Shown: positions 11,039 through 21,450 of the stretch, piece after piece
Layout of the letters: the number at the start of each line of letters is the position of its first letter
Position numbering within the stretch: the first letter of the stretch is position 1
Translations under genes and position numbers: made by a program
Notes under the pieces: model-generated
The model's input: the letters and a program-made list of their open reading frames with translations, nothing else
Databases searched by the model: none
Told to the model about the DNA's origin: nothing
Origin: an uncultured Acidobacteriota bacterium
Lineage (GTDB): Bacteria > Acidobacteriota > Vicinamibacteria > Vicinamibacterales > SCN-69-37
DNA length: 64,000 nucleotides
Direction of reading: 5' to 3'
Assembly (NCBI GenBank): GCA_963793255.1
Contig: CAWBZK010000005.1
Coordinates: forward strand, 76,873 to 140,872

Positions 11039-12856
11039 ATGGACATGAACTCTCCCTGCTACTCGGGGTGTCTTCTGCCGCCTCCGCAAAGGCGTCGGAG
11101 AGCCAGGCCGCTTCGCTACGGCAAGCCAGGCCTCCGCTCCGGCGGGCCAAGCCGACGCCACGAGCTCTGCCGCGATCGACGGCTCGGACGCTGCCGCACT
11201 CGCCGGCGCCTTTCGTTCGCTTGTCGACGAGCTCAGCTCATGAGCGGCGGGCAACCGGCGGACGACGACGCGCCGATCGCGGAGGCGTCCGTCCCAAGCG
11301 AGGCCGACGATCTCGCGGCCACGCTCGAGGCCACGGATGACGCGGATGAGCCGGAGTGGGAGGACGAGTCACAGACCCAACAGCCGCAGATGTGGCTGGT
11401 GGAGCTCGAAATCATCAACCGCGCGGCGGGAGTCCAAACGGACCTTCCCCGCCGCGCGGCTGTTCCCCTCAATAGCGACCAGAGTCAGGACGCGCCTGAG
11501 AAGTCAGGCGAAGCCAACGACAAGCTCGGCACGATGCCCGGTCTCGCGCCGCTGACGCTGCCCGAAGCCGCGCCGGCGCCGGCGATCCCGGCAGGGCCGC
11601 CTACCGCGGAGATCACGTCCGACGGTCTGCCGCAGCCAACCGCGGCCGATGCGCCTATTGATCTCGTCGATCGCGCCGGCGAACCCTCGACGCGCTTCGT
11701 CGCGCGTGCGAGCACGGAAGCTGCCACGGATCACGCAGACATTGCGGCGCCGTCGCCCGCGAGTCGCGCGGCAAGGAACGTCGAGACGAATGCTGGCTCG
11801 AAGCCGAGTCAGCCGCGAGCGACAGCCCAGGCTCCGACACTGCACGCGACGGCGGCGTCCGGTCCGCAGGCACCCCAAGCCGATCAACCGGCTCAGGTCG
11901 AAGGCAAAGAACAGGCGGCGTTGCCAGCGCTCCGGTCGTTCCCCGTTCCACGTTCCCCGTTCCTGGTTCTGGTTCTGGTTCCGGGTTCAATGTTCAGCGT
12001 TCAGGAGTCGCGAAACCAGAGGGCGCGACTCAGAACCCTGAACCACGAACCCTGAACCAGAACCTGAACCAGAACCAGGAACGCGGAACGGGGAACGGGG
12101 AACGAGTCCAGTCATTTATCGCTGGCCAGAGCGTCCCTGTCGAGGTCGCCCCCGAGTCCGTAAAGGCCGAGCGTTCGACGAGATCCGCGCCCAAGGCCGA
12201 CGCGCCGGCCGGTCAACCGGCGATTGAGGCACGAGCCGGACTGGTGGGCGCTGCAGGCAACGCACAACAGTCGGGCGATGCACCGGATCGAAGCCGGCAG
12301 CCCGAGCCACATCTGACGTTCTCGCGGCCGATCGCCGCCGACGTCCAGACGCTTGGCGCGTTGGCGATGACGTCGGCCGCTCACGACGTGCTGTCCGCGC
12401 GGATGGCGCCGGTGTCGCAACCGGCCATCATCGTGGCGCCCGTTCTCACGAGCGGCACCGCGCTTCCCGAAGAAACAGCCAACCAGATCGTGCAGGCCAT
12501 CAGATTTCAACTGGTCCGTGGCGGCGGCGAAGCCACCATCCGCCTCGAGCCAAAACACTTCGGCGAGCTCTCCATCACGGTTCGCGTCGACCAGGGCCAG
12601 GTGACCGCACGCGTCCAGGCCGAGTCGCCGGTCGTGCGCGAGTACCTGCAAAGCCATCAGGGCATGCTCCGCGACAGTCTGGCCGACCAGCAATTGACGC
12701 TCGGCAAATTCGAGAATCGCGGAGCCGCCCGCGGAGTCGCGCGATGGCGAGCGCCGGTCAGCCGAGGAACGCGCGTCCCACGGAGACCGCCAGTCGCCGC
12801 GGCGCCGCCCGCCGTCACCGAACACACCGTTCGAACCGTTCGACGTCGTCGCGTGA
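11039..12856 (+). CDS. fliK: Hook-length control protein FliK (several frameshifts; contains an in-frame palindromic repeat)
   Basis: Long Ala/Pro-rich region and C-terminal Flg_hook domain GGEATIRLEPKHFGELSITVRVDQGQVTARVQAES..LRDSL. Confidence 0.82.
11936..12105. repeat. Family A palindromic element, full ~170-bp hairpin inside fliK
   Basis: GTTC-unit left arm, inner stem gagtcgcg/cgcgactc, GAAC-unit right arm. Confidence 0.85.
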
Positions 12857-12872
12857 ACCCAGAGGAGATTCC

Positions 12873-13079
12873 GTGCTGAACAACCTGAACATCACCGCCC
12901 TGCTGAAGTCCGAGCTCGCACCGCACGTCGATCGGCTCGCCAAGCGCGCTGATTCCAATGGCGACGGCCACCTGTCGAAGTCCGAGTTCTCCGAGTTCCT
13001 TGCGGACGTCGTCCGCAAGCTCGAGCTCGCCGATGCGGAGAAGGCCTCGGCTGTTGACCTCGCCAAGACCCGAGAGTAG
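12873..13079 (+). CDS. Small EF-hand protein (68 aa)
   Basis: AGAGGAG RBS, GTG start, canonical loop DSNGDGHLSKSE flanked by helices. Confidence 0.75.
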   Translation: MLNNLNITALLKSELAPHVDRLAKRADSNGDGHLSKSEFSEFLADVVRKLELADAEKASAVDLAKTRE

Positions 13080-13084
13080 CGGCG

Positions 13085-13588
13085 ATGGCTGACAACGCGG
13101 AAGACCAGGAGGGCGAAGCACCCGCACCGGCCCCGAAGAAGAAAAAGGGCGGCGGGATGAAGTGGCTGTTCATCGGGGCCCTTGTCGTGATCCTCGGTGG
13201 CGCCGGCGCTGCGTGGTGGATGCTCGGCGGATCGACGACCGAGGCCGCTGAAGCCGCTGAGCCGGAACTGTCGACGCGGGGCGTCTTCGCGTTCGAACCC
13301 TTCCTCGTGAATCTGGCGGACGACGGCGGCCAGCGGTTTCTCAAGGCGACGATTTCACTTGTGGTCGAAACCCCCGAGGAGGCCAAGCACATCGAAGAGA
13401 CCCCGGTCATCGTGGCGCACATTCGGTCCGCGATTATCGAGGTCCTGACACAACAGAAGGCACCGGCGCTCGTGACGCCGGAGGGCAAGACCGCGCTCAA
13501 GCAGGCCATCCAGACACGCACGAGCCCGCTGATGCCGGACAAAAAGGTGTTGGATGTCCTCTTCTCCGAGTTCGTCGTCCAGTTCTGA
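13085..13588 (+). CDS. fliL: Flagellar basal body-associated protein FliL
   Basis: KKKK+TM, FEPFLVNLAD..RFLK, DVLFSEFVVQ. Confidence 0.93.
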   Translation: MADNAEDQEGEAPAPAPKKKKGGGMKWLFIGALVVILGGAGAAWWMLGGSTTEAAEAAEPELSTRGVFAFEPFLVNLADDGGQRFLKATISLVVETPEEAKHIEETPVIVAHIRSAIIEVLTQQKAPALVTPEGKTALKQAIQTRTSPLMPDKKVLDVLFSEFVVQF

Positions 13589-13859
13589 TCGGCGCGCCGC
13601 CGAGGCCGATCCGCTCGATTGGGTCATGGACGTGCCATGCCCGGTCGATTTCGTGCTGGGGACGGCGACGGTCAAGGTCCGCGAGGCGGCGGAGTTCGCG
13701 CTCGGCACGGTTGTGCGCCTGCGTCGCGCGGCCGGGTCGGACCTCGACATTCGCGTGGCTGGCGTCCCGATCGCGACCGGCCAGGTGGTCATCGTGGACG
13801 AGAACGTCGGCCTCCGGCTGAATCGCATTCTTCCGCCGGGATACCAGGAGCCGGCGTGA
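13554..13859 (+). CDS. FliN-like (SpoA domain) switch protein; start uncertain
   Basis: DVPCPVDFVLG..GTVVRL..LDIRVAGVPIATGQVVIVDENVGLRL. Confidence 0.8.
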   Translation: MSSSPSSSSSSDRRAAEADPLDWVMDVPCPVDFVLGTATVKVREAAEFALGTVVRLRRAAGSDLDIRVAGVPIATGQVVIVDENVGLRLNRILPPGYQEPA

Positions 13860-14240
13860 ACCTCTTCTTTCTCGCTCAGACGGAGCTCGTTGGCGCAGCC
13901 GCGCCCGATCTGCTGCCGAACGTGTGGCGCATGCTCGGGGCGCTGGCCGTCGTGCTGCTCCTGCTCGCGGGAGCCGCGTGGCTGCTCCGCCGCGGAGTGC
14001 TGGGACGACGGGCGACAGGCGGACTGGGTGTGGAGTCGGTACTCGCGCTCGGCGAACGCCGGTCGCTCGCGATCGTCACCGTCGAAGGCCGTCGGTTGCT
14101 CGTCGGCCTCGCGCCCAACAACGTTTCACTCGTGACCGAGCTCGGCCTTGACGTCGCCGAAGCCGCCGAGCGGCGAAGGCGGGGCGGGTCAGTCGTTCGA
14201 CGCCGCGATCGCCAAGGCTCTCGATCGGCAGACGTCATGA
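13856..14240 (+). CDS. fliO: Flagellar biosynthesis protein FliO (frameshift near the 3' end)
   Basis: Single TM then LALGERRSLAIVTVEGRRLLVG..VSLVTEL. Confidence 0.85.
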
Positions 14241-15226
14241 CGCGAACTCGGACGAACCCTTTCGGTGCTGAAGGCGCTGTTGGTCCTGCTGGTGCTGGCG
14301 GCTGCGCTTCCAGCCTCGGCACAGGACGCGCCCGCCGCGCCGCGCGGCCGCCAATTCGGCCGCGGCTCCGGCGCCCACGACTGAGCCACCAGCGGCAGCT
14401 CCGACACCCGCGAGCCCCGCGCCCGCGGGATCGTCGACCCCTTCGAACCTCTTCGAACCCTCGACCTTCGACCTCCTCGAACTCCTCGAGACCTGCCCCG
14501 CCGCGTCCGCGGCCGTCAGCGCCGGCACTTCGACCAGCGCCGGCCGCCGCGGCGACCAGTTCCGCGTCGAACCTGGCGGTCAACATCAACGGCGTGGGTG
14601 CGGTCTCCGCGCCGCTTCAGATCGTCGTCCTGATGACGCTGCTGACGTTCGTGCCGGCCGCGCTCGTGATGATGACGTCGTTCACGCGCATCGCGATCGT
14701 CTTTCACTTTCTGCGTCAGGCGATGGGCACGCAGGAAATGCCGTCGAACCAGATGCTCATCGGCCTGACGCTCTTTCTGACGGCGTTCATCATGGCGCCG
14801 ACGGCAAGCCGGATTAACGAGACGGCGATTCAACCGGCGATGGCCGGCCAGATGGACGTCTCGACCGCGCTCGAACAGGGCGCGCCCCCGCTGCGTGAAT
14901 TCATGCTGCGGCAGACGCGCGAAGCCGACCTCGCGCTCTTCGTGGATCTCTCCGGCTCCGAGCGTCCGTCGCGCGTCGAAGACCTGCCGATGCGCGTGGT
15001 CGTCCCGGCCTTCGCGATCTCGGAGCTGAAGACCGGCTTCCAGATGGGCTTCTTCCTCTTCGTTCCGTTTCTGCTCGTGGATCTGGTCGTCTCCACGACG
15101 CTGCTCTCGATGGGCATGATGCAGCTGCCCCCGATGATGATCTCGCTCCCATTCAAGGTGCTGCTCTTCGTGATGATCGACGGCTGGAACCTGCTGGTGG
15201 GGTCGCTGGTGAGGAGCTTCTTGTGA
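14237..15226 (+). CDS. fliP: Export gate protein FliP (frameshifts in the N-terminal extension)
   Basis: MTSFTRIAIV..LRQAMG, PAFAISELKTGFQMGF, MGMMQLPP..ISLPFK..DGWNLL. Confidence 0.93.
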   Translation: MTRTRTNPFGAEGAVGPAGAGGCASSLGTGRARRAARPPIRPRLRRPRLSHQRQLRHPRAPRPRDRRPLRTSSNPRPSTSSNSSRPAPPRPRPSAPALRPAPAAAATSSASNLAVNINGVGAVSAPLQIVVLMTLLTFVPAALVMMTSFTRIAIVFHFLRQAMGTQEMPSNQMLIGLTLFLTAFIMAPTASRINETAIQPAMAGQMDVSTALEQGAPPLREFMLRQTREADLALFVDLSGSERPSRVEDLPMRVVVPAFAISELKTGFQMGFFLFVPFLLVDLVVSTTLLSMGMMQLPPMMISLPFKVLLFVMIDGWNLLVGSLVRSFL

Positions 15227-15234
15227 GAACGGAT

Positions 15235-15349
15235 CAAGTTCGAACGTGAGAAGCCAGAAGTCAGAAGTACTGGCGGCCTTCGGCCGCGCTCGCCTTTCTC
15301 GGCAGGCGCCCAATGACTTCTGACTTCTGGCTTCTAACTTCCAACTTGA
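15235..15349. repeat. Family B hairpin
   Basis: agaagccagaagtcagaagt ... acttctgacttctggcttct. Confidence 0.75.
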
Positions 15350-15361
15350 CGGAGGTTCTCC

Positions 15362-15631
15362 ATGTCTGAAGCCCTCGTTCTCGGTATCGTCCGCCAGGCA
15401 ATTGAGACCGCCGTCATCATTTCCCTTCCGATGCTGGCCGTCGGTCTGGTGGTCGGCGTGTCGGTGAGCATCATCCAGACGGTTACGTCGGTGCAGGACA
15501 GCATCCTGTCGTTCATCCCGCGCGCGGTCGCGATCTTCGTCGTCTTTGCCCTCACCTTTCCGTGGATGCTCCGGGTGCTCACTGGCTTCTCCGCGGCGCT
15601 GATCCGCCGGTTGCCTGAACTCGTGCGATGA
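15362..15631 (+). CDS. fliQ: Export protein FliQ
   Basis: 89 aa, GLVVGVSVSIIQTVTSVQD..LSFIPR, PWM. Confidence 0.93.
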   Translation: MSEALVLGIVRQAIETAVIISLPMLAVGLVVGVSVSIIQTVTSVQDSILSFIPRAVAIFVVFALTFPWMLRVLTGFSAALIRRLPELVR

Positions 15632-16383
15632 CCCTGGCTTCGCTCGCCGCGCTCGTGCTGCTCCTCGTGCGGCCCGGCATGCTCGTCATGGGGACGCCGC
15701 TGCTCGGCGCCGTGCAGGCGCCGCTGCTGATGCGCATCGGCCTCACGATCCTGCTCGCCATCGTGCTCGCGCCGTTTGTGTCGCTGCCGGCGGAGCTCTC
15801 GGCCGGTGGCATCACGATCGTGGTGCTGCGTGAGATCGCCATCGGCCTGGCGCTCGCACTGGCGATTCGCGTCCTGATCACGGCCGGCGAGTTCGCAGGC
15901 CATTTCGCTGGTTACCAAATCGGCCTGTCGCTCGGATCCTTGATTGACCCGCAGAGCGGCGTGCGCAACAACGTGCTGGCCGTCGTCTACGCGCACCTCG
16001 TGACGATCGTCTGCCTCGTCACGAACACCCATCACACGCTCCTGCGGGCACTGGCCGACTCGTATCGCGCGCTGCCCGTCGGGTTTGGCGGGCTCAACGC
16101 CACGCTGGCGACGAGCGTCGCCGAATCGCTCGGGCTCGTGTTCATCCTCGGCGTCCGCATCGCGGCGCCGGTCATCGTCGTGCTGCTCCTCGTCGAGCTC
16201 GCGCTCGGGCTCGTGGCCCGCGTCGCCCCGTCGCTCAACGTGATGATTGCCGGCTCGCCAATCCGGGTCGTCCTGGGCCTGCTCGTCTTTGCGCTCTCAG
16301 TCCAGGCACTGCCCGGACTCATCAGCCGTTTCATCCCACTCACGTTTCAGGCGGCCGCCGGCGCGGCCCAGGCCTTCCGGTAA
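15628..16383 (+). CDS. fliR: Export protein FliR
   Basis: Multi-TM, EIAIG, AG..AGYQIGL, RVAPSLNV. Confidence 0.92.
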   Translation: MTLASLAALVLLLVRPGMLVMGTPLLGAVQAPLLMRIGLTILLAIVLAPFVSLPAELSAGGITIVVLREIAIGLALALAIRVLITAGEFAGHFAGYQIGLSLGSLIDPQSGVRNNVLAVVYAHLVTIVCLVTNTHHTLLRALADSYRALPVGFGGLNATLATSVAESLGLVFILGVRIAAPVIVVLLLVELALGLVARVAPSLNVMIAGSPIRVVLGLLVFALSVQALPGLISRFIPLTFQAAAGAAQAFR

Positions 16384-16386
16384 GCC

Positions 16387-17460
16387 ATGGCGCAGGCAAC
16401 CGGGGAACGTACAGAGAAACCTACAGGCAAGCGCATCAAGGACGCGCGCGAGCGCGGTCAGGTTGCGCGCAGTGCCGATCTGTCTGGCGCCATCGCGCTC
16501 ATCGGCATCACGCTGGCACTCAGCTGGTTCGGCACGACCGTCGCGGCCTCGACCGCGGACCGTTTGATGTCCGCGCTCAACGGGCTCGGCGACCTCGGCC
16601 GGCACGACGTCCACCCCGGCACGCTCGCGGCGTTGTTCTGGGACGACGCGCAGCTGCTGGCGCGGCTGGCGGGCCCGCCGGCGCTCATCGCGATCGCCGC
16701 GTCGCTGTTCGCCAGCCTTGCCCAGGTCGGCTGGTCCTTTTCGCCGAAAGCGCTGCACCTCAACTGGGAACGCCTGAGCCCGGCTCAGGGCTTCCGCCGT
16801 CTGTCCCCGTCGGTTTCCGGCACCGAGCTGATCAAGGCCGTGATCGGCCTTGCCGCCGTCGGGTCGATTGGGTACTCGCTGGTGTACGCGTTCTACGGGG
16901 AGTCGCCGCGCCTGATGGCCATGACCCCGGCCCAATCGTCGGCCTACGCGTGGGATCGGCTGTGGCACCTGCTCTGGCAGGCGAGCCTCGCGCTCGCGCT
17001 GCTCGGCGCCGGCGACTACGGCGTGCAGTACTGGCGCTGGTATTCGCAGCAGAAGATGACGCGTCAGGAAGTCCGGGACGAGTCGCGGATGAGCGACGGC
17101 AATCCGGAAATCAAGGGCCGCGTGCGGCGCATCCAGCGCGAGATGGCGCGCAAGCGCATGCTGCAGTCGGTCAAGACCGCGACGGTCGTCGTCACGAACC
17201 CGACGCACTTCGCCGTCGCCCTCGACTATCGCCGCGAGCACATGGCGGCGCCCGTCGTGGTCGCGAAGGGCCAGGACGAACTGGCGGCGCGCATCCGCGC
17301 GCTCGCGCGCGAGCACAACGTCCCTCTCGTCGAAAACGTCACGCTGGCGCGCGCGCTCTACGCGACCGCGGAAGTCGGCGAAGTCATTCCCGCGCCGCTT
17401 TTTGGCGCCGTGGCCGAGGTGCTCGCCTACCTCGTCCGCCTCAAACAACTGGTGCTCTAG
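16387..17460 (+). CDS. flhB: Export switch protein FlhB
   Basis: ERTEKPT, KMTRQEVRDE..DGNPEIK, VVTNPTHFAVAL. Confidence 0.96.
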   Translation: MAQATGERTEKPTGKRIKDARERGQVARSADLSGAIALIGITLALSWFGTTVAASTADRLMSALNGLGDLGRHDVHPGTLAALFWDDAQLLARLAGPPALIAIAASLFASLAQVGWSFSPKALHLNWERLSPAQGFRRLSPSVSGTELIKAVIGLAAVGSIGYSLVYAFYGESPRLMAMTPAQSSAYAWDRLWHLLWQASLALALLGAGDYGVQYWRWYSQQKMTRQEVRDESRMSDGNPEIKGRVRRIQREMARKRMLQSVKTATVVVTNPTHFAVALDYRREHMAAPVVVAKGQDELAARIRALAREHNVPLVENVTLARALYATAEVGEVIPAPLFGAVAEVLAYLVRLKQLVL

Positions 17461-17463
17461 CCC

Positions 17464-19502
17464 ATGGCCACCGCGACCGTCTCCGTCGCTCGTCCGGCAA
17501 ACCTGCTCGCGCCCGCCGCCGTTCTGGCGGTCGTGCTGCTGATGATCGTCCCGCTGCCGCCGCTGCTGCTCGACCTGCTGCTCTCGGTCGACATCGGGCT
17601 GGCGGTCGTGCTTCTGCTCACGGCGATCTACGTGAAGCAGCCGGTCGAGTTCTCCGCCTTTCCCTCACTGCTCCTGTTGCTCACGTTGATGCGGCTCGCC
17701 TTGAACGTCGCGGCCACGCGTCTCGTGCTGCTGCACGGCGCGGACGGCGTCGACGCGGCGGGCCACGTGATCATGTCGTTCGGCCAGTTCGTCGTCGGCG
17801 GCAGCTTCGTCGTGGGCGTGGTGGTTTTCGCCGTGCTCGTGATCATCCAGTTCGTGGTCATCAACCACGGCGCGGTCCGCATCTCGGAAGTCACGGCGCG
17901 ATTCACCCTCGACGCGATGCCCGGGCGGCAGATGGCGATTGACGCCGACCTGAATGCCGGTGTCATCAACGACCAGGAAGCGCGTCAACGGCGCGACCGA
18001 ATCCGGCGCGAGTCCGATTTTTACGGCGCGATGGACGGCGCCATTCGGTTCACGCAGCGCGACGCGCTGGCGGCCGTGCTCATCACCGGCGTCAACATCG
18101 TGGCCGGGCTGATCATCGGCGTATTCCAACACGGGCTCGACGTCACGCACCGCCCTCGAGACCTACACCATCCTGACCGTCGGCGAAGGACTCGTCACGT
18201 CCATTCCGGCGCTGCTCGTCTCGATGGCCGGCGGCCTGATCACGACACGCGCATCGGCCGAGTCGAACCTGGGCGAAGAAGTCGCGGCCCAGTTGCTCGC
18301 GCGGTCGCGTCCGCTCGCGGTGGCCGCCGCCGTGCTCGTCGGGCTGGCCATCATTCCCGGTCTGCCGAAGTTCTCGTTCCTGTTCGTCGCGGCGATTCTC
18401 GGCGGCGCGGCCTACGCCAACCGGAAGGAAGGCAAGGTCGCGGAAGCCGTGGAACCGGGCGTGGCGACGCCAGAGCCGGTCGAATCGACCGTCACCGTCG
18501 ATCCCCTCGGCATCGAAGTCGGGTACGCGCTCGTCACGATCGTGGACGAAACGCAGGGCGGCACGCTCCTCACACGCGTGCGCTCGATCCGCCGGCAGAT
18601 CGCGAACGAGACCGGACTGGTCGTGCCGCCGGTACACGTCGCGGACAACCTGCAGCTTGGCCCGCGCACCTACGCGATCCTGGTGAAAGGCGTCGAGGTG
18701 GCGCGCGGCGATCTGTACGTCGATCGCCTGCTTGCCATCGATCCCGGCACCGTGCGCGGCACCCTCGACGGCATCGCGACGCGCGAAGCCGCGTTCGGGT
18801 TGCCGGCGGTCTGGGTCACCCCGGAAAAACGCGACCCGGCGATCGCTGCCGGTTACACGGTGGTCGATCCCGACGACCGCGATCTCGACGCATCTCTCGG
18901 AGGTCATTCGCACGTTCCTGCCCGACCTGATCACGCGGCAGCAGACGAAGGACCTCGTCGATCGCGTCGCGGAATCCTCACCGAAGCTCGTCGAGGAGCT
19001 CGTACCGAAACTCGCGACGATTGGCGACGTGCAGCGCGTGCTTCGCCAACTGCTCCGCGAGCGTGTGCCCGTCCGCGACCTGACGACGATTCTCGAAGCG
19101 ATGGCCGACGCGTCCGGCGTCTCGAAGGATCCGGATGTGGTCGTCGAGGCCGTGCGCACGGCGCTGGGCCGATCGATCTGCCGGCCGTTTCAGGGCGACA
19201 CCGGCGAATTGCGCGTTATTTCACTGAGTCCGTCGCTCGAAGACGCGCTGGCCTCATCGCTGACGCGGACCGACCGAGGGGCCGTGCTCGCGCTGGACCC
19301 CGCCCGGGCGCAGGCCCTGGCGGGACGGCTGGCGGAAGTCCTGGCGAGCGGTGACCTGGCACAGCCTGTGCTCTTGTGCTCCCCGACGTTGCGCCCGCAC
19401 GTGTGGCGGCTGTTCTCGAGGGCCTTGCCGCACATCGCCGTGTTGTCCCACAGCGAAGTCCCCCCGCCGGTGCGGGTGGTCTCGGTCGCGACACTCGACT
19501 GA
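17464..19502 (+). CDS. flhA: Export protein FlhA (frameshifts ~18145, ~18870)
   Basis: [53 protein letters not shown]. Confidence 0.95.
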
Positions 19503-19505
19503 CCC

Positions 19506-20578
19506 ATGCACGTCAAGCGCATTTACGCCTCGTCCGTTCGGGAAGCGCTCGCTTCAGCCCGGGAACAACTGGGTGAAAGCGCGCTCGTCCTGTCCACCGA
19601 GCTCGTCCCGTCGCCAGGCTGGCGCGGCTGGGTCGGTCACCGCGTCGTGCGTCTGACCGCCGCCGCCGAGCGCCGCGAGCCGGGCTCGCCGGAGGCCTGG
19701 ACTGACGCATTCGGTTCAAGCCCCAAGCCCCACGCCCCAAGCCCGCGTAGCGTCGGTGGACCGTCCAGCGGTGGCGGCGCCAGACGGCCGGCCGTCACGC
19801 CCCGATCCGCGGGCCGGTCTGGTCGCTCGCCTCTCGGCCTCCGGGCTCAGCGGCTCGCTGGCCGAAGCGGTGGCCGCCGAAATGTCCGACGCCGAGTGCC
19901 GCACCGGCACCGATGAGGCGCTTCGCCGCGCGCTCGGCGCGGTGATCGCGCCGATCGCGGGCGGCGCGGAGGCATTCACGCGCTACGAGGTCTTCGTCGG
20001 CCCTCCGGGCGTCGGCAAGACCACGACCATCGCCAAGATTGCGGCGCAGGCGTGCGCCAACCACGGCCTGCGGCTCAATCTCGTGGCGGCCGACGGCTTC
20101 CGCGCCGGCGCCATCGAACAGCTCCGGAGCTACGCGACGATTGTTGGCGCGCCGTTCCGCGTCGCGCGCAGCGCCGACGAGCTCGACCGCGCGCTCACGG
20201 GCACCCGTCAGACCGCGCTCATCGACACGGCCGGTCACACGATTCCCGACGCCGACATGATCGAGCTCGTCGAGGTGCTCGGCCGCAAGCGCGGCGCGCG
20301 CACGCATCTCGTGCTGGCCGCCGACACGTCCGCGGCGACCGCGCGCCGTCTTCTCGACCGCTACGCGCGGCTCTCGCCCGCGCGCGTGGTCATCACCAAG
20401 CTCGACGAAGCCGACTCGGTCATGCCGCTCGTGGACGCGGTGCGCGAGCGCGGCCTCGTCGTCTCGTATCTCACGGCCGGCCAGCGCGTGCCCGAAGATC
20501 TCGAGCGCGCCACGCCGGCGAGTCTCGCGGCCCGATTGCTCGGTGAACCAGTCGATGGAGGGCATCACGTGTCACTGA
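19506..20578 (+). CDS. flhF: SRP-family GTPase FlhF (frameshifts)
   Basis: MHVKRIYASSVREAL..LG..ALVLST, GPPGVGKTTTIAK, DTAG, TKLDE, GQRVPEDL. Confidence 0.88.
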
Positions 20579-21450
20579 GCACGACGATGATCAGAGGGGT
20601 GGGCGGAGCCGGCACGCGGCCACCTGCGACGCGAATCGCCGTGACGAGCGGCAAGGGCGGCGTGGGCAAGACCAGCCTGACCGTCAACCTGGGCGTGGCC
20701 ATGGCGCGCCTCGGCTATCGCGTCGGCATCCTCGACGCGGACTTCGCGCTGGGCAACATCGACGTCATGCTCGGCCTGACGCCGGCGGCGCATCTTGGCG
20801 CCGTGCTCGACGGCACGACGCGCGTCAAGGACATCACGCTCGACGGACCGGCCGGCGTTCGCATCATTCCCGCGGGCAGCGGCGTGCGCGCGCTCACGAC
20901 GCTGGACGACTCCCGGTGGGGCCGCCTGGTCGAGGCCGTCGAAGAGACCAGCCGCGACCTCGACTTTCTGCTCTTCGACACCGCGACGGGCATCAGCGAC
21001 AACGTGCTCGACGTCATCGGCCTCGCCGACTACGTGCTGGTCGTCACGTCGTTCGAGCCGGCGGCCGTCGTGGACGCGTACGCGCTCATCAAGCTCGTGA
21101 CGGCGGCCGACACGACCAAGCCGATTGGCGTGGTCGTCAACGCCGCGCGCGACGCCGACGAAGGCCAGCTCGTGTTCAAGCAGATCTCGCTCGCCGCGGA
21201 GCGTTTTCTCCGCCGCGAAGTGCGGTACGACGGCCACGTGCTCGAGGACAAGGCGCTGAAGGACGGCAGCCTCGCGCAGTCGCCGATTACCGCGGGCCCG
21301 AGCACGGGCCCGGCCAGCCGCGACATCAAGCGCCTGGCCTCACGTCTCGCGGCCGCGCGGCCACCGGCGCCGGGCGTGAAACCCATTCCGTCGCTGCAGA
21401 TCGTGCCGCCGGCGGCTTCCGGACCTTCCCCTTCCTCGCCATGGGCCTGA
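20569..21450 (+). CDS. flhG: MinD-like ATPase FlhG/FleN
   Basis: IAVTSGKGGVGKT, ILDADFALGNIDVMLG, DAYALIK; GGAGG RBS before the GTG. Confidence 0.9.
   Translation: MSLSTTMIRGVGGAGTRPPATRIAVTSGKGGVGKTSLTVNLGVAMARLGYRVGILDADFALGNIDVMLGLTPAAHLGAVLDGTTRVKDITLDGPAGVRIIPAGSGVRALTTLDDSRWGRLVEAVEETSRDLDFLLFDTATGISDNVLDVIGLADYVLVVTSFEPAAVVDAYALIKLVTAADTTKPIGVVVNAARDADEGQLVFKQISLAAERFLRREVRYDGHVLEDKALKDGSLAQSPITAGPSTGPASRDIKRLASRLAAARPPAPGVKPIPSLQIVPPAASGPSPSSPWA

Noticed and set aside
11936..12105. CRISPR array interpretation of the GAAC/GTTC repeats
   Set aside because: Units are 6-7 nt with no unique spacers, and no cas genes are present.
13619..15226. 535-aa apparent FliO-FliP fusion
   Set aside because: An ATGA overlap at 14237 and garbled intervening translation indicate two genes joined by indels.
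19756..21450. Apparent FlhF-FlhG fusion
   Set aside because: GGAGG RBS, GTG at 20569 and a TGA at 20576 in the neighbouring frame fit normal coupled genes with a 1-nt error.
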